Of a stretch of 64,000 bases of DNA, positions 58,593 to 64,000 are shown piece after piece. Both the position numbers and the translations under genes were made by a program. The stretch is from Cyanobacteriota bacterium. GTDB taxonomy: Bacteria; Cyanobacteriota; Cyanobacteriia; Thermostichales; Thermostichaceae. The notes under the pieces were generated by a model. The model searched no databases. It worked only from the letters and a program-made list of their open reading frames with translations, and had not been told where the DNA came from. The stretch is from the NCBI GenBank assembly GCA_033764955.1, contig JANRIL010000023.1, positions 97,290-161,289 of the forward strand. The letters are read 5' to 3'. Every line of letters starts with the position of its first letter. The stretch's first letter is position 1.

Positions 58593-59531
58593 CTACTCCA
58601 CAATCGAGTTAATCCAGTTGATATAGCTCGACACCCGAGTATAAACACCATATTTGTTGGGGCGGGCACAGCCGTCGCCAGTGCTAGTCAAGCCGATGAT
58701 CAACCAGTTATCGCTGTCCACGGGAATCGCCAAAGGCCCGCCACTATCCCCAAAACATGCATCCTTGCCTCCCTCAGGAAATCCGGCACAAATCATGTCA
58801 TTCTTAACCGCCCCTGCGTAGGATTCTGGGGAGTTGCAAACAGCATTAGACACAACAGGTACTTCTACCTCCTGTAAGATATCACTGCCATCTCCCGTTT
58901 CAGAGATAGCTCCCCAGCCCACGGCCGTAGCAACTGTGCCCGGATCATAGAGGGGAGCATCAGAGACAGTGGCAAGGTCAGGAAACGTATTCACCACCGT
59001 AGCTGGCTGACTGAGGCGGAGTAGGCCGATATCCCCTAAGCGAGGCGTTTTAGGCACAGGTAAGGCAGGATAGGTTTCAAAGCTGCTGATATAAGCATCA
59101 AAATAGGTCGCACCCAAAGATCGATAGGCTGGATGGACAAATGCTTCCGCCACCGTGATTTGCTCACCCGTGTCACTGGTTAAGTCTGTCCGCCCCACCA
59201 CCACATTCACGGTATTCACGTTATCGACTCGTGCCCCCGTTTGCAAACAATGCCCCGCCGTCAATACCCACTCTGGGGCGATCAAAATGCCGCCACAAAA
59301 CTGAAAATTGTTCTGTCGAGGATTCACCAAGGCTGCCATCCAAGGATATTCGCCAGCATCCGCATCATTGCCATTAACAATAGCCTGAAGAACCTCTAGC
59401 CCCCCTCCAGACTCAGGATCCTGAACAAGAGTAGTGGGCAAAACTCCACAAGCTGTTGCTGTCAACCATCCGAGACTGACACTCAATAAATTGAAAGATA
59501 GCCTAGGGCAAGTTTTCTTAAATGTCTGCAT
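58593..59531 (-). CDS. Trypsin-family (S1) serine protease, probable lipoprotein
   Basis: LTATAC lipobox-like motif; IVNG mature N-terminus; LTAGHC, DIGLL and GDSGGP triad motifs. Confidence 0.93.
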   Translation of the reverse strand: MQTFKKTCPRLSFNLLSVSLGWLTATACGVLPTTLVQDPESGGGLEVLQAIVNGNDADAGEYPWMAALVNPRQNNFQFCGGILIAPEWVLTAGHCLQTGARVDNVNTVNVVVGRTDLTSDTGEQITVAEAFVHPAYRSLGATYFDAYISSFETYPALPVPKTPRLGDIGLLRLSQPATVVNTFPDLATVSDAPLYDPGTVATAVGWGAISETGDGSDILQEVEVPVVSNAVCNSPESYAGAVKNDMICAGFPEGGKDACFGDSGGPLAIPVDSDNWLIIGLTSTGDGCARPNKYGVYTRVSSYINWINSIVE

Positions 59532-59785
59532 AATCCCCTTTTCCCAATGGGAATATTTGGCAAGTATCCTGGGCAATAGCAAAGCTTGTCAAGAGAAGTC
59601 TCCCCAAATTCTGACCTAACTGAGTATGGGCAAGCATCTGAAGAGGGATTCTCTTTATTCTTCGCTGAGGGTTACTACAACCCTCCAGAAAACATGAGAA
59701 ACTAAGGCGCATCGGTAGGGGTTTGAAACTAAGAATAAGAGACCCAAAAGAGAATGATAGGGGTGGGGCGGTGGATCTGAAACAC

Positions 59786-61180
59786 ATGTCGCCGATTGAT
59801 CAGAGATCCCGTCTCTGGACGGTATTGGCGTTGTTGAGTGATGGATGTGGTCTTTGGTTGTCATTTGTGGTGGCTTTTGGCCTGCGAACCTTAGCCCCCC
59901 ATGCCCTCCTGCCCCTGGATATTTATATGGGGTTAGCCACGGTTGCCGTGATCAGTTATTGGGGGATTACGGCTTGGTTGGGGGGCTATCGAGAGAGCAA
60001 GCTGCTCTCCCGTTTTGATGAAGTGGTAACGGTTTGGGCGGGGTTGGCGCTGGCTTTCGCGCTGATTTTGGCGGGAGCCTTTTTTATCCGTTCCATTTCG
60101 TTGTCGCGGTTGGTGGTGGGCTATGCGGCGGTGCTGGCCTGGATGTGGCTAACCCTGACCCGCTTGGGTTTGCGTGGCTGGATGGGTTGGCTGCGGCGGC
60201 GGGGATGGGGGATTCGTGAGAGCTTGTGGGTGGGGGAAAATCCTCTCTTGAGTGAGGTCAAGGAACGCTTGGAGCGGTTACCTCAACTGGGCTTTCGTCT
60301 GGTGGGAGTGGTGGGTAACTCCCCAAAAACAACCGTGGAAGGGATCCCTTATGTTTGTGATCTGGAGCATTTGACCCATTACCTACAATCCCATCCCCAG
60401 ATCGGTGAAGTTTGGTTTGCCCAGCCGGAACTAGCCACCCAAGAGCGCCTGCTTAGTTTGCACTATCTGGGGCGAACCGACCTAAATGTTCGCCTTTTGC
60501 CGGATATTTTGGCATTCGTCACCGTTAACCTCAGCCTCCAATTGGTGGATGGCATCCCTTTGCTCACCCTCAAGGCTCCCCCCTTGCGTTTTTGGCACAA
60601 CCGTCTGCTCAAGCGCAGCACCGATGTGGTGGGATCCCTGTTGGGACTGATCCTCCTCAGTCCTTTGTTGGTGGGAATTGGACTGGCGGTGCGGTTGTCT
60701 AGTCCTGGTCCGATTCTTTATCGTCAGGAGCGGATTAGTCTGGATGGGCATTGTTTTTGGATCTATAAGTTTCGCACGATGCGGGTCGATGCCGAAAGCA
60801 ACCAGCAACCGGGCTGGACAATTCCCGATGATCCCCGCCGCACCCCCCTGGGATCCCTGTTGCGCCGCTTTAATCTGGATGAACTACCCCAACTATGGAA
60901 CGTCCTACGGGGAGAAATGAGCTTAGTAGGGCCACGTCCCGAACGTCCCTATTTCGTAGAACAATTTAGCCGTGAGATCCCCAAGTATCTGGATCGCCAT
61001 CTGGTGAAAACCGGAGTGACGGGCTGGGCACAAATTCATGGCTTGCGGGGAGATACCAGCATCGCCCGCCGCACCCAGTATGACCTTTACTATGTACAAA
61101 ACTGGTCTTTCTTACTGGATCTGCGGATCATTGTGTTGACCATCTGGCAGGCACTGGTGGGCAAAATTGAGGGCTATTAG
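59786..61180 (+). CDS. Undecaprenyl-phosphate sugar phosphotransferase (WcaJ-like)
   Basis: KR..DV, KFRTM, DPR.T..G..LRR.NLDELPQL.NVL.GEMSLVGPRPE and TGWAQ motifs. Confidence 0.93.
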   Translation: MSPIDQRSRLWTVLALLSDGCGLWLSFVVAFGLRTLAPHALLPLDIYMGLATVAVISYWGITAWLGGYRESKLLSRFDEVVTVWAGLALAFALILAGAFFIRSISLSRLVVGYAAVLAWMWLTLTRLGLRGWMGWLRRRGWGIRESLWVGENPLLSEVKERLERLPQLGFRLVGVVGNSPKTTVEGIPYVCDLEHLTHYLQSHPQIGEVWFAQPELATQERLLSLHYLGRTDLNVRLLPDILAFVTVNLSLQLVDGIPLLTLKAPPLRFWHNRLLKRSTDVVGSLLGLILLSPLLVGIGLAVRLSSPGPILYRQERISLDGHCFWIYKFRTMRVDAESNQQPGWTIPDDPRRTPLGSLLRRFNLDELPQLWNVLRGEMSLVGPRPERPYFVEQFSREIPKYLDRHLVKTGVTGWAQIHGLRGDTSIARRTQYDLYYVQNWSFLLDLRIIVLTIWQALVGKIEGY

Positions 61181-61420
61181 GGGATCCCCATCTGGGGAAA
61201 TTTTTCGGTTATCACGGAGACTTTTTGCCAAACCAGCCATAAAAATGTCCTGTCACAGTGCTAAGCTAACTCCACGCCCATAGCTCCCTGCTGCCGTCAC
61301 CTGAGCCCTCCCTTCTCCAGCCCGTTTTTGGGAGGAGACCTGTCAGGGGAATCTCAACGAGAGGATAGTTACGGGATAGAGAAGATTAAGCAGAGATTGA
61401 GCGTAAGGAGAGAGGTCACC

Positions 61421-61783
61421 ATTCAAGAGCCACTTTCACTAACCGTCAGCTTGCGCGGTAGCCACGAAGTCCTTCCCAACTGCCAGGTTTTTCACCTGAC
61501 TGGACTTTTGGATGCTTTTTCTGAGCCTGTCTTTCGTAAGGTTGTCAGTAAGTTTATTGAGGAGGGATCCGCCAACGTGGTTCTCGATCTCTCCCATGTC
61601 GATTTTGTGGACAGTTCAGGGGTGGGAGCCTTGGTCAGTTTGGCGAAACAAGCCCGTGACAAAGGTGGGGATCTCCAGATTGTCACCAACCCACGGGTTA
61701 CCCAAACGGTCAAATTGATGCGCCTAGAAAAGTTTTTGCCCTTGCAAAACACCCTCGATGAAGCCGTCAGCCATTTTGGGTAG
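61421..61783 (+). CDS. STAS-domain anti-sigma factor antagonist
   Basis: LTGLLDAFS and VVLDLSHVDFVDSSGVGALV motifs. Start uncertain, possibly ATT at 61421. Confidence 0.85.
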   Translation: MQEPLSLTVSLRGSHEVLPNCQVFHLTGLLDAFSEPVFRKVVSKFIEEGSANVVLDLSHVDFVDSSGVGALVSLAKQARDKGGDLQIVTNPRVTQTVKLMRLEKFLPLQNTLDEAVSHFG

Positions 61784-61786
61784 GGC

Positions 61787-62551
61787 ATGGTTTCATCCTG
61801 GGGAACCTTCTGGGGAGTTAGTGCTGGAGCTGGGGATCCGGCTTGGTTAACCGTGCAGGGACAACACATTCTGAGAACTGTCGATCTGGTGGCCTTTCCC
61901 CAAGATCGGCAGGGGCAGCCGGGGGTGGCCTATCGGATTATTCATTCCCATCTGCGGCCTGAGCAAGAGGTGATGGCCTTGGCGTTGCCCTTTGTGCAGG
62001 ATCAAGCGATTTTGCAGCAGGCTTGGCAGCAGGCCATCGATCAGCTTTGGCCTTGGCTGGCTAGTGGAAGGGATGTGGCCTTTGTCTGCGAGGGAGATGT
62101 CAGTCTTTACAGCACCTTCACTTATCTGGCTCAAACCCTGCGGCAACGGCAGCCAGAGGTGCCTATCCACGCTATCCCTGGGGTCTGTTCTCCGCTGGCG
62201 GCGGCGGCAGTCTTAGGGGATCCCTTAGCGCTGGGGGAGGAAAAGATTGCCATTCTACCAGCCATGTATAGCGTGAATGAGCTGGAGAGCGTACTGGCTT
62301 GGGCGGATGTTGTTGTGCTGATGAAGGTGTCCGCCGTTTTTGATCAGGTTTGGCAGTGGTTAGCGGCTCATCAGCTTTTGCAACAGGCAAGTTTGGTGGT
62401 GGAGGGGGGCAGTTCCCAGCAGCAAATTTATCGCACGTTGGTAGGATTAGAGGACTTTCGCCCCCCTTATTTTTCTTTGGTGGTGATTTGGAAAAACCGC
62501 TCTCCCAGCCATGTCTCCCTTCAGGAGTACTCGCTTTTCCTCTCCAGATAA
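61787..62551 (+). CDS. cobI: Precorrin-2 C20-methyltransferase
   Basis: GVSAGAGDP..LT, VAFVCEGD.SLYSTF, IPGV.S, VVLMKV and PYFS motifs. Confidence 0.88.
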   Translation: MVSSWGTFWGVSAGAGDPAWLTVQGQHILRTVDLVAFPQDRQGQPGVAYRIIHSHLRPEQEVMALALPFVQDQAILQQAWQQAIDQLWPWLASGRDVAFVCEGDVSLYSTFTYLAQTLRQRQPEVPIHAIPGVCSPLAAAAVLGDPLALGEEKIAILPAMYSVNELESVLAWADVVVLMKVSAVFDQVWQWLAAHQLLQQASLVVEGGSSQQQIYRTLVGLEDFRPPYFSLVVIWKNRSPSHVSLQEYSLFLSR

Positions 62552-62569
62552 CCCAAGATTGATGACTTT

Positions 62570-62778
62570 GTAAACTACCCGACGCTCATGCTAGGCATAG
62601 GGCGCAGGCTTTCAATAGCCCTGCATCATCCCTGTCCAAGGAACAGAAAAGACGCGAACCTTCAGGCTGGTTTACAGCAGCCCCCCATTTCGCAATATTG
62701 ACCGCACCATTATAGTCAGCGTCACCATGCCAGCCACAGTTACCACACTTAAAACCCTTACCTTGTCTGTCTCCCAAA
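62570..62778 (-). pseudogene. tnpB: tnpB 3' remnant and IS200/IS605-family right end
   Basis: FKCGNCGWHGDADYNGAVNI (zinc-ribbon half plus RuvC-III), then on the minus strand ...GTCGGGTAGTTTAC, a typical right-end terminus. Confidence 0.8.
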
Positions 62779-62806
62779 TATAGTCATTCCAAATAGGAGT
62801 GAGAGA

Positions 62807-63360
62807 CTACCCACCACAATAAGTGCGGATAACCTGATCAATAGAAGTACCCTCCTCCGCATACATTCTCAGTCTCTTTAGCGCGCTAAAATCATGCTCA
62901 ATATCATTCAGGTCAGGAGAGTACCTGGGCAGAAATACTACTTCATGACCTCCTTCTCTGACTAGTTCTTCAATCCTTTTCTTTCGATGTATTGGCGCAT
63001 TGTCCATAATCAATACTGACTTCCTATCAAGTGCAGGTATCAAGTATGTCTTTAGCCATTTCTCAAATCCGATTGCGTTTAAGCTTCCCATAAATAACAT
63101 GGGTGCTATCAAGTCTTTTTTCTTCTTCCGTCTTCCAGCTACTAAATTCTCTTTCGTGCTTCTCTTTCCTTGCCTCTCTCCATATATCCTCTTCCCTCTT
63201 CTTGACCATCCGTAAACACAATGCTTCATCTCCTCAAAGCCTGATTCATCTATGTATACAAGGCTCTCAACCCCATATCGCTTAATCAACTCCCTCAAAA
63301 TTCGATAGTATTTCATTCTTTCTTCTTTATCTCTTTCTCGATACCTTAGATCTTTTTTTT
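62807..63360 (-). CDS. IS630 transposase, DDE catalytic part (different frame, joined at an A8 run)
   Basis: VYIDESG, IMDNAPIH and LPRYSPDLNDIE motifs. Confidence 0.88.
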
Positions 63361-63653
63361 CCAGTAATCTGCATCTCTTTAAGGGCATACCATATCGCAT
63401 TCACCCTAACACCAAACTTCTTGGCTCGGTCTACTAGTTTTACTTCTGGGTTTTGCTCCACATCTTTGCGTAATGCTTCCCAATTAAGCTTGCGCTTCCT
63501 CCTCTCTATCTTGGTGGATTCTAAGTTTTCTCGGTCTAGCCATCGATAGATAGTAGAAGCACTAACCTGGAAAAGTGTTGCTGCCTTTGATACTGCCCCT
63601 CCCTGCTCTACATACTGGACAACACGCTCTCTTAGATCTAAACTGTAGGGCAT
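63327..63653 (-). CDS. IS630 transposase, N-terminal HTH part
   Basis: MPYSLDLRERVV...A..FQVS.STIYRW. Confidence 0.88.
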   Translation of the reverse strand: MPYSLDLRERVVQYVEQGGAVSKAATLFQVSASTIYRWLDRENLESTKIERRKRKLNWEALRKDVEQNPEVKLVDRAKKFGVRVNAIWYALKEMQITGKKRSKVSRKR

Positions 63654-63731
63654 ACCCTTATTTCCTTTATTTTCTTAACCCTGGATTATTATACTTTCCT
63701 CTGAAACTACCATCCTTATTTGGAATGACTA

Positions 63732-63944
63732 TATCTGTTGAGCAAGGTTGCTCGACAGGTTAAAGCGGTTGCGAACTTCGTAATAGACCAGACTTTGCAA
63801 TTTCACCGAGTTCATGACCTTGGCTGGCGTATTCTGGTTTACCCAGTTACACGCTTCCCCAAACGAGTGCAAAGTGACCTCAAGTTTTTGAGCTTGTGTC
63901 TCGCTAGGCTTGAGTTTGCAGGATATAGTCAGGACTTGATTCAT
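63732..63944 (-). pseudogene. tnpB: tnpB 5' remnant
   Basis: MNQVLTISCKLKP...L..TL..F..ACNW....YYEVR.RFNLSSNLAQQ, cut by the IS630 end. Confidence 0.8.
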
Positions 63945-64000
63945 AGCCCCATTCTACTTCATGAGAATCTGTGGTGATGCCTAGAGACTTATTGCTCGTC

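Larger units (their letters stand above)
62781..63731 (-). mobile_element. IS630-family insertion sequence (ISY100-like), 951 bp
   Basis: Perfect 15-bp terminal inverted repeats TAGTCATTCCAAATA, flanked by TA at 62779-62780 and 63732-63733; encodes a split transposase. Confidence 0.93.

Noticed and set aside
58548..58595. Inverted repeat TAGGGGATCC...GGATCCCCTA between convergent genes as a terminator or MITE
   Set aside because: It is largely made of two copies of the abundant GGATCC palindrome, with a long loop and no U-tract.
61181..61420. Cobalamin riboswitch upstream of STAS/cobI
   Set aside because: I could not identify a B12-box or the conserved core, so there is no support without a covariance search.
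16048..62551. Cobalamin gene cluster
   Set aside because: cbiG-cobJ, cbiT and cobI are tens of kb apart. Scattered cob genes are normal in cyanobacteria.

Overview
Cyanobacterial chromosome segment. The palindrome GGGATCCC is very frequent, which is the HIP1 substitute known from hot-spring Synechococcus/Thermostichus-type genomes. The backbone is housekeeping genes: queA, purM, hisF, ppk1, recQ-like, cobalamin cbiG-cobJ/cbiT/cobI, an sphS-like kinase, a GldAFG-like ABC operon, a wcaJ-like gene and DUF1800/DUF1501. Four accessory regions interrupt it, the first three visibly AT-richer. (1) At 7.5-15.8 kb is an array of headless AHH-type nuclease toxin cassettes and Imm11/DUF1629-like and SMI1/KNR4 immunity genes. 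The cassettes are joined by a near-identical Pro-rich linker DNA repeat, and one cassette is visibly a recombinant chimera. (2) At 32.6-37.2 kb is an operon with a lipoprotein ending in a NucA/NucB DNase, its Nin/ComJ-like inhibitor, and a decayed lipoprotein-VWD gene whose linker DNA resembles the cassette repeat. Regions 1 and 2 together suggest a lipoprotein-headed polymorphic toxin system with swappable C-termini, the best candidate for an undescribed system here. (3) At 44.7-53.3 kb is an island with a solute-binding protein, an MFS transporter with a long N-terminal extension, a P-loop protein, a Thermus/fungal-type homocitrate synthase, a TauD-family dioxygenase and a Cache-HAMP sensor with no recognisable output domain. 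(4) At 62.6-63.9 kb an ISY100-like IS630 element sits in an internally deleted tnpB. No rRNA, tRNA or CRISPR array was seen. Family assignments come from motif recognition by eye, not from database searches.
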